The notes under the pieces were generated by a model. The model was not told the DNA's origin and ran no database searches. It saw only the letters and a program-made list of their open reading frames with translations. Positions 8,652 to 17,966 of a DNA stretch of 64,000 nucleotides are shown in pieces; positions within the stretch are counted from its first letter, which is position 1, and every line of letters starts with the position of its first letter. The position numbers and the translations under genes were made by a program. Origin of the DNA: Simkaniaceae bacterium (lineage in GTDB: Bacteria > Chlamydiota > Chlamydiia > Chlamydiales > JAJFMI01); the NCBI GenBank assembly GCA_040880145.1, contig JBBDIZ010000024.1, positions 24,009 to 88,008 on the forward strand. Reading direction: 5' to 3'.

Positions 8652-11012
8652 TCAATCAAAATCAAAGGCTTGTGGAGAGTCTATAAGGACTTTTCTTGGG
8701 CGGCTTCCTTCTTGGGGGCCTATAATTCCTTGCGATTCAAGCTCGTCGATTAACGCGGCGGCTCTTGGGTACCCAAGTTTGAGCTTTCTTTGGAGGTAGG
8801 AGGTTGAGATTTTTTTGCTATGAATAGCGATTTCAATGGCTTTTTCAAAGAGTGGGTCTCGGTTGTCATCTGAGGTTCCTCCGCAATTTGTAAGCTCTTC
8901 ACGGCTCATGTTATCGAAGGATTTAATGAGGTAGTTTGGGGAGGCTTGATTGCAGATGTAGTTGATGACTCTATGGATATCCTCGTCTCGTATATAAACG
9001 CCTTGTGCACGAGTCAGCTGCGAGGTACCGGGGGGAAGAAAGAGCATGTCGCCATTTCCAAGGAGGGTTTCAGCGCCATTTTCATCGAGAATAATTTGGC
9101 TGTTGACGCGGCTTGCGACTTTAAAAGCAATTCGTGTCGGAAAGTTTGCTTTGATGAGGCCTGTAATGACCTCTCGTGAAGGCCTTTGTGTTGCTAAGAT
9201 AAGGTGGATGCCGACAGCTCTTGCCATTTGTGCAATACGGGCAATGGGTGTTTCTAAGTCTGAGCTTGAGGTCATCATAAGATCGGCAAATTCATCGATA
9301 ATGGCAACGATTTTTACCATTTTCTCTGGTATAGAAATGTCTAAAGCGTCCTCTAACTCTTGGTTGATCTTGCGGCTATTGAAAGCTGTGATATTACGCA
9401 TCTGCAGCGCTTTTAGAATTTCGTAGCGGTGCTGCATCTCTTGAACAAGCCAGCTTAAGGCTGCGTAGGCGCCGTGAGCTTCAGTGATCACGGGAGCAAC
9501 AAGGTGGGGCAGGGCTGAATAGGGGGTAAGCTCAACTTTTTTCGGGTCGATTAAGATGAGTTTGGTCTCATCGGGGTGCGCATTCATGAGAAGGGACATG
9601 ATGATGGTATTGATGCAGACCGACTTGCCCGAGCCTGTAGCGCCTGCAATGATTGCATGGGGCCATTTGACAAGGTCGCACATGACATCATCGCCACTGA
9701 CGGTTTTTCCAAGGAGTATGGGGATATTAAATTGCCGGGGGTTTTTCTTATAGCGAGTGAGCATCTCCTTGAAGCCAACCTCTTGGGGGTGTCTTGAGGG
9801 AATCTCGACGCCTACAGCGGCTTTTCCGGGTATGGGGGCGATGATGCGAATAGAGGGGGCTTGTAGATTGAGGGCGATGTCGTTTTCAAGAGTGGTGATT
9901 TTTTGAACTTTAACCCCGACAGCCGGGTGAACTTCAAAAGAGGTGATGGTGGGGCCGCAGTTGATTTCTCCCACATGCGCTTCGATGCCAAAACTTGCTA
10001 AAGTCTCTTCTAAGACGCGGGATTGGTCTTGCAGATCTTTTTTGTAGGTTGGGGCATCGATAAGTTTATTAGATGAAGAGAGGAGGTTGATGGGAGGAAG
10101 TTTATAATTTTTGTAGGCGCTTTTAAACGAAGCTTTTCGTTCAGTTGGAATATCTCCTGCAAGCTCGGGCCTTTTTTTCTTATTGTTGATTAGAAGCTCA
10201 GGCAGTGGAGAGCTGATTGAAGGTTTTGACGGGGCAAGTATTGGGGGAGGAGCCTTCTCTAAAAAGCGTTCATATTTAGGTTCAAAAGCGGCTTTTTTCA
10301 GTTCTTTTGGGGGCAAGGCGGCGAGGGGGGGCTTTTTTTTCTTGATTCCCCAGTCGATGTTTGGCCAGTTGCAGTTTTTGGCTAAACGTTTGCTAAACCC
10401 TATAATGGCAAGTGAAACTTTTTTTGTTCCCCGAATGACATCGAGAATTTTGATCTCTGCAAGCAGAATAAAACTCATAATAGAGGTCATGGAAAAGGTG
10501 AGAAAGACTCCCACATTACTCAATACTTTCTGCAGGCTGTAGCGTGGAATGTCGTGGAAGAGAAAGTAGGTGGGAATGCCTCCGAGGTTATAGCGAGTCG
10601 CTTGACTAAAAAAAGGAGACTTTAGAGTCAGTTTTTGACTTACAACGCGCTCTTTAAAAAAGGAGTAGTCCATAGAGTGTGTTTCTGCAAAGAGATTCAA
10701 CAAAAAGGAGAGGGAGAGGATGAGAGAAAAAAAGTAGGTTACCTTAAAGGGGAGGTGAGGAAGTTTTCCGGAAACTAGGAGCTTCCATCCCATAAAGAAA
10801 AGAAGACCCACAACGAGATAGGAAGTGATGCCAAAGCAGTAATTGAATAGAAAGCCAATACCATGGCCGATAAGTCCTAGCCAATTTTTTTCATGCTCGC
10901 CGTCTATAAAACTTAAGAGTGCTAAGAGCACGGTCATTGACAGTGCTAAAAAAAGCAGGCCTTTTGCTTCCGGATGGGTTGGAGATTCTGACTTATTCTT
11001 CTTCACACCCAT
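8652..11012 (-). CDS. ftsK: DNA translocase FtsK
   Basis: N-terminal TM segments, AGATGSGKS, IIDEFADLM, ATQRPS, gamma domain LQRKLKLGYPRAA. Confidence 0.96.
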   Translation of the reverse strand: MGVKKNKSESPTHPEAKGLLFLALSMTVLLALLSFIDGEHEKNWLGLIGHGIGFLFNYCFGITSYLVVGLLFFMGWKLLVSGKLPHLPFKVTYFFSLILSLSFLLNLFAETHSMDYSFFKERVVSQKLTLKSPFFSQATRYNLGGIPTYFLFHDIPRYSLQKVLSNVGVFLTFSMTSIMSFILLAEIKILDVIRGTKKVSLAIIGFSKRLAKNCNWPNIDWGIKKKKPPLAALPPKELKKAAFEPKYERFLEKAPPPILAPSKPSISSPLPELLINNKKKRPELAGDIPTERKASFKSAYKNYKLPPINLLSSSNKLIDAPTYKKDLQDQSRVLEETLASFGIEAHVGEINCGPTITSFEVHPAVGVKVQKITTLENDIALNLQAPSIRIIAPIPGKAAVGVEIPSRHPQEVGFKEMLTRYKKNPRQFNIPILLGKTVSGDDVMCDLVKWPHAIIAGATGSGKSVCINTIIMSLLMNAHPDETKLILIDPKKVELTPYSALPHLVAPVITEAHGAYAALSWLVQEMQHRYEILKALQMRNITAFNSRKINQELEDALDISIPEKMVKIVAIIDEFADLMMTSSSDLETPIARIAQMARAVGIHLILATQRPSREVITGLIKANFPTRIAFKVASRVNSQIILDENGAETLLGNGDMLFLPPGTSQLTRAQGVYIRDEDIHRVINYICNQASPNYLIKSFDNMSREELTNCGGTSDDNRDPLFEKAIEIAIHSKKISTSYLQRKLKLGYPRAAALIDELESQGIIGPQEGSRPRKVLIDSPQAFDFD

Positions 11013-11048
11013 TCAATAACATAATTCCGATTTTTTTTACAGAAAATG

Positions 11049-11123
11049 GGCGAACGACGGGACTCGAACCCGCGACCCCTGGAATCACAATCCAGTGCTC
11101 TAACCAACTGAGCTACGATCGCC
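11049..11123 (-). tRNA. tRNA-His (GTG)
   Basis: GGCGATCGTAGCTCAGTTGGTTAGAGCACTGGATTGTGATTCCAGGGGTCGCGGGTTCGAGTCCCGTCGTTCGCC; cloverleaf with encoded G-1 and C73. Confidence 0.96.
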
Positions 11124-12593
11124 ATAAAAAAATGAGTCCTTATTTTCTAATAAATGGGTGATTTTCGTCAAGGCGATTGGGATAAAAAAGAAGAAAAGAA
11201 GCCAAGGCAGGGGAAGAGATTTTACATAGAGGAGAAAGGAATAAGCGGTTGGTGCATAGGTGACCGTTCGGATTAAAAAAAGTGTATAAAGCTCGGTTAG
11301 AGGCATTAGGAAAGGAAAGAGAAGGGAAAGGAGCACAAAAAAAAGGGAGATTGTCACCCCGAATGGATAAAAGAGATTATAAAAAAAGCTTAAAAGGGGA
11401 TAGCGCCCAAAGACATGAAGAAGAAGAGGGAGGGTAAAGAAATTGACAGCAAATGATAAAGCTACTGCATTTCGAATCAATCCGGCGAGGAGGTAGATGT
11501 GTTTTTCGATAAATGAGAGGGAGAGAGCCTCTTTGCGTTTTCTTTTGGGTAAACATCTCCAAAGCGCCTTGTCGATAGGAGCTGTTAAAGTGATAAGGCC
11601 AAAAGTTGCAAGATAGCTGAGCTGAAAGCCGAGGGAGAGAAGGTTGAGGGGGTTGATGAGAAAAGAGAGGATAAAGGCGATAGATAGCGCATTTAAAGCG
11701 CTGCACTTTCGGCTGATCATTCGACCGGATAAAGGAATTAAAAGCGCGATCCAGGCGCGCGTAATTGAGGCAGTGGGACCAATATAAATAAAGAAAAGAG
11801 TGAGTAAAACCATCATGGAAAAGGCAGAAGAGCGAAGAGGAAAAAAACGGGAGAGAAAAAAAGTTAAAAAGAGGGAAAGCATGGCAAAATGAAAGCCGGA
11901 AATAGCAAGAATATGGCTTTGGGCAAGCCTGTCAAATTCGTATTTTAATGAACGCTCTTCTAAATCACCCGTTAGCAGCGTTGCAAAAAAAAGGTAGGTT
12001 TTTTTCTTTTTCACTCGTTTTCTTAAAAACTTACGGAGTTTATTTTTCAATCGATAACGTTTTCCGGTAAATCTTGAGCTTTTTAAAGCGGCTGTCCATT
12101 TTGTGGGTTTAAAAAGGGAGAAATTTGGGCTTTTTTGAATAAGTGTTCCTTCTAAAAGATAATCTGTATCCGCGTTTGGGTGTTTTCCGTAAAGAGGGCG
12201 GAAGATATGGCAAGGTAAATTTTTGTACTCGTTGATGCCATCACTGAATTTGATGATTGTCCCGGTATATTGAGTTCTCCATCCAAAACTCGCTTGTGTC
12301 TTTTTTAATACTTTGGGGTGAAAATAGGCTGTTCCTATTTGAGCATCTGATATTTTCGGGGGGAGGCTGAAGTGGACGTAATAAAAGCTCACGGTCATTA
12401 AGATGATTAAGGGTAGGGAGCGGTTTTGTAAAAAGAAAAGCAGTGCGAAGGGGAGTGTAATGAGTCCAATACAAGAGAACAGAGCTCCAAAAAGCATGGA
12501 AAGAGCGTAGTCAAAAGCGGGAGCATCTTTATATTCAAGAATCGGTTTTGCTAGCTGCGAAAATCCAATTCTTGAGGTTGTTTCGGTATACAT
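11100..12593 (-). CDS. comEC: ComEC/Rec2 family competence membrane protein
   Basis: SHILAISGFHF, ASITRAWI, LGFQLSYLATFG motifs; multiple TM segments. Confidence 0.9.
   Translation of the reverse strand: MYTETTSRIGFSQLAKPILEYKDAPAFDYALSMLFGALFSCIGLITLPFALLFFLQNRSLPLIILMTVSFYYVHFSLPPKISDAQIGTAYFHPKVLKKTQASFGWRTQYTGTIIKFSDGINEYKNLPCHIFRPLYGKHPNADTDYLLEGTLIQKSPNFSLFKPTKWTAALKSSRFTGKRYRLKNKLRKFLRKRVKKKKTYLFFATLLTGDLEERSLKYEFDRLAQSHILAISGFHFAMLSLFLTFFLSRFFPLRSSAFSMMVLLTLFFIYIGPTASITRAWIALLIPLSGRMISRKCSALNALSIAFILSFLINPLNLLSLGFQLSYLATFGLITLTAPIDKALWRCLPKRKRKEALSLSFIEKHIYLLAGLIRNAVALSFAVNFFTLPLLLHVFGRYPLLSFFYNLFYPFGVTISLFFVLLSLLFPFLMPLTELYTLFLIRTVTYAPTAYSFLLYVKSLPLPWLLFFFFIPIALTKITHLLENKDSFFYGDRSSVG
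12530..12590. repeat. TATACCGAAA-family palindromic element inside the 5' end of comEC
   Basis: Minus strand TATACCGAAACAACCTCAAGAATTGGATTTTCGCAGCTAGCAAAACCGATTCTTGAATATA; encodes YTETTSRIGFSQLAKPILE. Confidence 0.8.
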
Positions 12594-12617
12594 AGCAAAG
12601 AAGATGCAAACAAAATC

Positions 12618-13904
12618 TTATAATGTCAAGTTGGATGGCGTGTCTGTTTTTGACTCTTCTTCGATGCAGCGATTGATCAAACGCGCACCCCGGGTTCCTG
12701 TGATATAGTGAAAAAACCACTCGAGCATGACACTAAAACGGTTGCGAAATCCGATGAGGTAGGCGACATGCAGCCCGCCCCAGATGACCCAAGCGAGAAA
12801 GCCGGTAAATTTTAGACCTCGAAAGTAGCCGACAGCTTTTAGACGCCCAATTGTGGCTAAACTTCCTTTGTCAAAGTAATTAAATTTACGCCGCTTTTCT
12901 TTTGGAGTTTCATTTTTGATGATTTTAGAGACATAAGAGCCCATTTGAATGGCAACGGGGGCAATTCCAGGCAAGATCTGCCCCTTCTTATCTTTAGTAG
13001 AGGCGGCATCTCCAATGACAAAAATTTCGGGATAATCAGGAATGGATAGATCCTCTTCGACAAGGGCCCTTCCTTGCCGGTCAAGTGGTATATCGAGCTT
13101 TCGAAGCAATGGCGAGGCTTGATTGCCTGCAGCCCAAATTACATTGTGGCCTTCAATTAAAGTTTCTCCAATTCGAACACCCTCATCAGAAATATCGGTG
13201 ACCAGCTTTTCAGTCAAAACCTTCACCCCCATTTCTTCGAGATCTTGTTTTGCCCGCTTTGAAAGTGAGGAAGGATAAGGAGGAAGAACGCGGGGCGCCC
13301 CTTCGATTAAGTAAATTTTTGATTTTTTAGGATTGATGCGGCGAAAATTTTTAAACATGGTCTTGTAGGCGATTTCAGCAATCGCTCCTGCCATCTCGAC
13401 ACCTGTTGGCCCAGCACCAATGATGATAAAGTTTAAATACTTCGCAGCCTTTGAAACGCTATCTTGTCTTTCAGCCTTTTCAAAGGACATTAAGATATGC
13501 TCTCGAATCGTCAGGGCGTCTTTCACCGTCTTAAGCCCTGGGGCGAGTGCTTCCCATTCATCGTGGCCGAAATAAGAGTGCCGCGCTCCGACTGCCAAAA
13601 CAAGGTAGTCATAGTTGAGAGTGTCTCCATTTCCAAGCCGAATGAGCCTTTTTTCTTTATCGATGTCGACCACATCCCCCATCATAACGGTTGTATTTTT
13701 ATGCGAGCGAAAGATTTCTCTTAAGGGGACAGCGATATCTGCAGGGGAAAGAGCAGCAGAAGCAACTTGGTAGAGGAGAGGTTGAAAGAGGTGGTGATTG
13801 GTCTTGTCGACTAAAAAGACGTCCATCTCAGCTTTTTTAAGCCTTTGAACGACCCTTAAGCCACCAAATCCCCCACCGACAACAACAACTTTTGTATACG
13901 CCAT
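12618..13904 (-). CDS. ndh: Type II NADH dehydrogenase (NAD(P)/FAD-dependent oxidoreductase)
   Basis: GGGFGG, HHLFQPLLYQVA, GAGPTGVEMAG, DKGSLATIGR. Confidence 0.92.
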   Translation of the reverse strand: MAYTKVVVVGGGFGGLRVVQRLKKAEMDVFLVDKTNHHLFQPLLYQVASAALSPADIAVPLREIFRSHKNTTVMMGDVVDIDKEKRLIRLGNGDTLNYDYLVLAVGARHSYFGHDEWEALAPGLKTVKDALTIREHILMSFEKAERQDSVSKAAKYLNFIIIGAGPTGVEMAGAIAEIAYKTMFKNFRRINPKKSKIYLIEGAPRVLPPYPSSLSKRAKQDLEEMGVKVLTEKLVTDISDEGVRIGETLIEGHNVIWAAGNQASPLLRKLDIPLDRQGRALVEEDLSIPDYPEIFVIGDAASTKDKKGQILPGIAPVAIQMGSYVSKIIKNETPKEKRRKFNYFDKGSLATIGRLKAVGYFRGLKFTGFLAWVIWGGLHVAYLIGFRNRFSVMLEWFFHYITGTRGARLINRCIEEESKTDTPSNLTL

Positions 13905-13987
13905 AATAATAGTATATAATATAGGGAGTATTTACATGTAAATCAAAGATGTGAATAACTAAAAAACACTTTTTTTAGGGGCGAGCC

Positions 13988-14836
13988 TTAAGCATTTTTA
14001 ATTCTTTCGAGAAAATCAGCTTTTTCTACAGAGTCTTGTGGTAAGAATTTAATAAGGTTAGAAGTCATATCCCATTTTTCTTCTATAATATAGAAGTCAA
14101 TCAACTCAATCATAATATTTTCTTTTAAAAACTTGTCGTCTATTTTGTTTAAGAATGAACATATCACAATTAGTTTGTCAAAATATTTAATTTTATTAAT
14201 AAACTTTATTGAATTTTTATTTACGATCTTTTGATCGGTAATATTAGATATCGCACAAAAAGCAGTGATATGAATATTTTCGAATTCTAATTTGGTTAAA
14301 TTATTAAATTCTGAATCGTTAATTTTTATTACAATTCTATAGAAAAGGTTAGAGATGATTTTTTCTTTATAAATGTGATTGGAATTCATTAATTTTTTTT
14401 TAATAGAATTTGCAATATTTAGGGCTGAAGAAAATTCTTTTTTTCTTAAAAAATTCGAGAATCTTGCCTCAAGTAAGCGAATATCTTGAATAGGCGCAGG
14501 GTTAGGGTCTTGAATAAGGACTGGGTTAGGGTCTTGAATAGGTGCAGGGTTAGGGTCTTGAACAGGCGCAGGGTTAGGGTCTTGAATAGGCGCAGGGTTA
14601 GGGTCTTGAATAGGCGCAGGGTTAGGATCGTGAATAGGGGCGGGATCTAGAGGACAACAAAATTTGAAAAAAACCTCCATTAGAAACATGACGATAAGAA
14701 AAAGAGGAATAATGATGATAAGTAGGGGCGAGAGGAGGAAATAAACGAGGATGTGCACGGTCTTGAGAACGCATGATTCCTCATTAGGAATAAGAAAGTT
14801 AATTGTTTTAATAGTATAGGGTGCAATTGTTTCCAT
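13988..14836 (-). CDS. AT-rich orphan membrane protein with Pro-rich octapeptide repeats (Inc-like candidate)
   Basis: About 35-aa hydrophobic block, then CC, then DPNPAPIQ repeats. Confidence 0.7.
   Translation of the reverse strand: METIAPYTIKTINFLIPNEESCVLKTVHILVYFLLSPLLIIIIPLFLIVMFLMEVFFKFCCPLDPAPIHDPNPAPIQDPNPAPIQDPNPAPVQDPNPAPIQDPNPVLIQDPNPAPIQDIRLLEARFSNFLRKKEFSSALNIANSIKKKLMNSNHIYKEKIISNLFYRIVIKINDSEFNNLTKLEFENIHITAFCAISNITDQKIVNKNSIKFINKIKYFDKLIVICSFLNKIDDKFLKENIMIELIDFYIIEEKWDMTSNLIKFLPQDSVEKADFLERIKNA
14483..14647. repeat. 24-bp coding tandem repeat, 6 full units plus a partial unit
   Basis: Unit TCTTGAATAGGCGCAGGGTTAGGG on the + strand encodes DPNPAPIQ on the - strand. Confidence 0.95.
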
Positions 14837-14958
14837 TGGATCTAATTATATCATGTACTTTAATAATTCTATATCAATAAAATAATGATTTGTCGTTTAT
14901 AGGGGTTTTTTAAAAAAGGTAGCGAAAATATCGCTCTTTTCGGTAGTTTGGTGGCCGT

Positions 14959-15933
14959 ATGGTCAAATTAGAAAAACTTTTTTCAGAAAACCGTGAGAAG
15001 CTGAAGCTTACGTTAGTTACTGGGGCAAAAGGGCTTACAAAAAGGGTCAAGGTTCCTGAAATTTATCGACCCGGTTTGAGTCTTGCAGGGTATTTGCATA
15101 GCTACTCTCCGAGGCGCATTTTGATCTTTGGCCGAGTGGAAACGGAGTATTTAAGGGAGCTTGATCTCATCACAAGGCAGAGCCGTTTGGAGGGGATTTT
15201 AGGCGATAAGGTTCCCGCTGTCATTGTCACAAGGCGGTTTAAGCCTCCTAAAGAGTTGATCCAGCTTTGCACGACTTTTGACATTCCTCTTTTTCGCTCT
15301 GCTTTACCCACTATGGCTCTTCAAAGTCAATTGACGGTGATTATGGCGGAGGAATTTTCTCCGTCGGTGTCATGTCATGGAACTCTTGTTGAAGCATTTG
15401 GGGTCGGTGTATTGATTCAGGGGGATTCGTCTGTCGGTAAAAGTGAGACGGCTCTTGGATTAATCGAAAGAGGGCATCGCTTGATTTCCGATGATGTCGT
15501 AAAGGTTAAAAAGAAAGAGGGCTCTTATTTGGAAGGAACCGGACCTGAATTGACCCGCCATTTACTTGAAATTAGAGGGATTGGAATTATTAATGTGGCT
15601 CATCTTTTTGGCGCGGTTTGCATCAGTGAAGAGAAGCGCATCGATATCATTGTCAAACTTGAAGAATGGGATGATGATCATTTTTATGATCGTGTCGGTT
15701 TGGAAGAAAAAAAAATCGATATTTTAGGACTAAAAGTTCCTTATCATTTGCTGCCTGTGAAGCCTGGACGTGATGTTGTTTTACTTCTAGAAACGATTGT
15801 ATTAAACTATCGTCTTAAGCAGATGGGATACAATTCTGCAAAAGAATTTAATATTAAACTTCTTGATGCTATTGCTAAAAGGCAGAAACGTAAACCGGCG
15901 CCTCTGCTTTTAAAGGCAATACACGAAACATGA
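14959..15933 (+). CDS. hprK: HPr(Ser) kinase/phosphorylase
   Basis: RPGLSLAGY, HGTLV, GDSSVGKSETAL, RGHRLISDD, LEIRGIGII, PVKPGR. Confidence 0.95.
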   Translation: MVKLEKLFSENREKLKLTLVTGAKGLTKRVKVPEIYRPGLSLAGYLHSYSPRRILIFGRVETEYLRELDLITRQSRLEGILGDKVPAVIVTRRFKPPKELIQLCTTFDIPLFRSALPTMALQSQLTVIMAEEFSPSVSCHGTLVEAFGVGVLIQGDSSVGKSETALGLIERGHRLISDDVVKVKKKEGSYLEGTGPELTRHLLEIRGIGIINVAHLFGAVCISEEKRIDIIVKLEEWDDDHFYDRVGLEEKKIDILGLKVPYHLLPVKPGRDVVLLLETIVLNYRLKQMGYNSAKEFNIKLLDAIAKRQKRKPAPLLLKAIHET

Positions 15934-15956
15934 GATGAATATGTGCAAAAGTAGCT

Positions 15957-17624
15957 ATGGTTCAAACTGATCGGGAAATCGTTATTAAAGGGGTCCCTGT
16001 AAGTACAGGTATGACTATCGGTACACTCTTTTTCATCCCCCCAAATAGTTATGAACTTCCTATTTTTTCATTAAATTCAAGTCAGGTAGAAAATGAAATT
16101 CAGCGCTTTCGATCCGCCATTGATCAAACCCGTAAAGATCTGCTCTCATTAAAAAATTATCTTATTTCTGAAGGGCACAGAGATGCTGCAACCATTATTC
16201 AGTCGCACTTGCAACTTCTAAGCGACCCTTTTTTAACAACTTTTGTTGAAGAGCAGGTGCTAGAGAAATTACAAAATGTGGAGAGCATTTATGATGCCGT
16301 GATTTCAAATTACGAGGGCATTTTTTCAAAAGTGAAGGATCATTTCTTTCGTGAGCGCTTTTTGGATGTAAAAGATCTCTCCTATCGCGTCCTCCGCCAC
16401 TTGCTGCCAAAAGCCTCTCATCCTTTTTCAAAACTTCCCAAAAATGCAGTTATTTTTGCACAAGAGCTCGTCCCCTCTGATACGGCAGAGGCGTCTCATC
16501 ATAGTGTCGCAGGGTTTGTTACATTGATGGGGGGACAAACTTCTCATGCTGCACTGATTGCAAGGGCAAAGGGAATCCCCTATATCTCCAGCGTCGATGT
16601 GACTCGCTTTAAGGAGTTTCATTTAGCCCAGGTTTTGCTCGATGCCACAGCGGGAGAGATTGTCATTTGTCCAAGTCAAAAAAGATGTCAAACTTACCGA
16701 TCGACTCTTTCGAATACGCTTCAGGCTAAAGCTCCAATTTCTTTTTCTCCACTCAAAACCCTGGATCATATCGAAGTGGATCTTTTAGCGAATATCGAAT
16801 CTGAATCGGATCTTCCCCTTGTAAAAAATAGCGGCACCAAAGGCGTTGGTCTTTTTAGGACGGAATTTCTGTTTCCCTTCCACGAAATTTATCGGATCTC
16901 CCAAGATGATCAAGAGAGGGTTTATACTCAAATTGTTCAATCTTTAGATGGAATACCGGTCGTGTTTCGTCTCTTTGATATTGGTGGAGATAAGGGATTT
17001 GGTTTTATAAATAAAGAGCCCAACCCGGCTCTTGGCTGTCGAGGGATTCGATTTTTACTTAATCATCCCGATATTTTCTCTCGTCAGGTGCGTGCTTTAT
17101 TGATAGCCTCAGAGTTTGGTCCTATTAAACTCTTAATTCCTATGGTCACTCATTTCGATGAGCTTCTTCGTGCAAAGTCTTTTATCTTAAGTGAAGCAAA
17201 AAAGATGAAACTAGAGGCTTCTGTTCCTGAAATTGGCGCGATGATTGAAGTTCCCTCAGCAGCTTTAATGAGTGATCGATTAGCTAAAGAGTCTGCGTTC
17301 TTCTCAATTGGAACAAACGATCTCATTCAATATACTTTAGCAACCGATCGGTTAAATCCTAAATTTTATGAAGAGGCTTCTGAGACGCTGATTAGCGTTT
17401 TAAGGTTAATTGAAATCATCGTAAAAAATGCGCCTAATATCCCCATTTCTGTCTGCGGAGAGTTAGCGTCTGATCTCAAGTATACCGAAATTTTGCTTGG
17501 TCTAGGAATACGGCAGTTTTCTTGCGCGCCTCCTTTTATTATGAGAATAAGAGAAAAAATTTTGACGCTCTCTTTTGAGAAGGCAGAGGCTCTTTCAAAA
17601 GAGAGGCTGAAAAGAGAAGTTTAG
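15957..17624 (+). CDS. ptsI: PEP-protein phosphotransferase (PTS enzyme I)
   Basis: GGQTSHAALIAR (phospho-His), GVGLFRTEFLF, DIGGDK, EPNPALGCRGIR, FSIGTNDLIQY. Confidence 0.95.
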   Translation: MVQTDREIVIKGVPVSTGMTIGTLFFIPPNSYELPIFSLNSSQVENEIQRFRSAIDQTRKDLLSLKNYLISEGHRDAATIIQSHLQLLSDPFLTTFVEEQVLEKLQNVESIYDAVISNYEGIFSKVKDHFFRERFLDVKDLSYRVLRHLLPKASHPFSKLPKNAVIFAQELVPSDTAEASHHSVAGFVTLMGGQTSHAALIARAKGIPYISSVDVTRFKEFHLAQVLLDATAGEIVICPSQKRCQTYRSTLSNTLQAKAPISFSPLKTLDHIEVDLLANIESESDLPLVKNSGTKGVGLFRTEFLFPFHEIYRISQDDQERVYTQIVQSLDGIPVVFRLFDIGGDKGFGFINKEPNPALGCRGIRFLLNHPDIFSRQVRALLIASEFGPIKLLIPMVTHFDELLRAKSFILSEAKKMKLEASVPEIGAMIEVPSAALMSDRLAKESAFFSIGTNDLIQYTLATDRLNPKFYEEASETLISVLRLIEIIVKNAPNIPISVCGELASDLKYTEILLGLGIRQFSCAPPFIMRIREKILTLSFEKAEALSKERLKREV

Positions 17625-17902
17625 AAAGGAAGGTTTATTCCGTCTGATTCTTTATCTATCTTCTTATAAACTGTCTCAAGGGCATTTAAAATTAGATCTT
17701 CAAGTCCCTCAGCATCGGTGAGAGTTTCGGGATCGATCTTTATTTTTTTGAGCTCTTTTTCTCCATTCAGGGTCACTTTAATAAGCCCCCCGGCACTTTC
17801 GCCTTCGAAAATTTTCTTTTGCAGCTCTTCTTGCATCTTTGACATTTGCTCTTCAAAAAGCTTGGCTTGCTTCTTCATTTTGGCAAAACCACTTCCCATC
17901 AT
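17621..17902 (-). CDS. ybaB: YbaB/EbfC family nucleoid-associated protein
   Basis: GESAGGLIKVTLNG...LEDLI; directly downstream of dnaX. Confidence 0.9.
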   Translation of the reverse strand: MMGSGFAKMKKQAKLFEEQMSKMQEELQKKIFEGESAGGLIKVTLNGEKELKKIKIDPETLTDAEGLEDLILNALETVYKKIDKESDGINLPF

Positions 17903-17966
17903 TGGCTCCTTATTCTTTTTTTACATGAACAGTCTAGCACAAACAGATTTTAGAAAGGATTGCTAA

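Noticed and set aside
14483..14647. Possible CRISPR array or telomere-like repeat
   Set aside because: Units are contiguous with no spacers, are in-frame coding, and there are no cas genes; TTAGGG arises from Pro/Asn codons
17481..17496. TATACCGAAA match inside ptsI
   Set aside because: Only 10 bp, no second arm, and it encodes ordinary YTEI; likely chance
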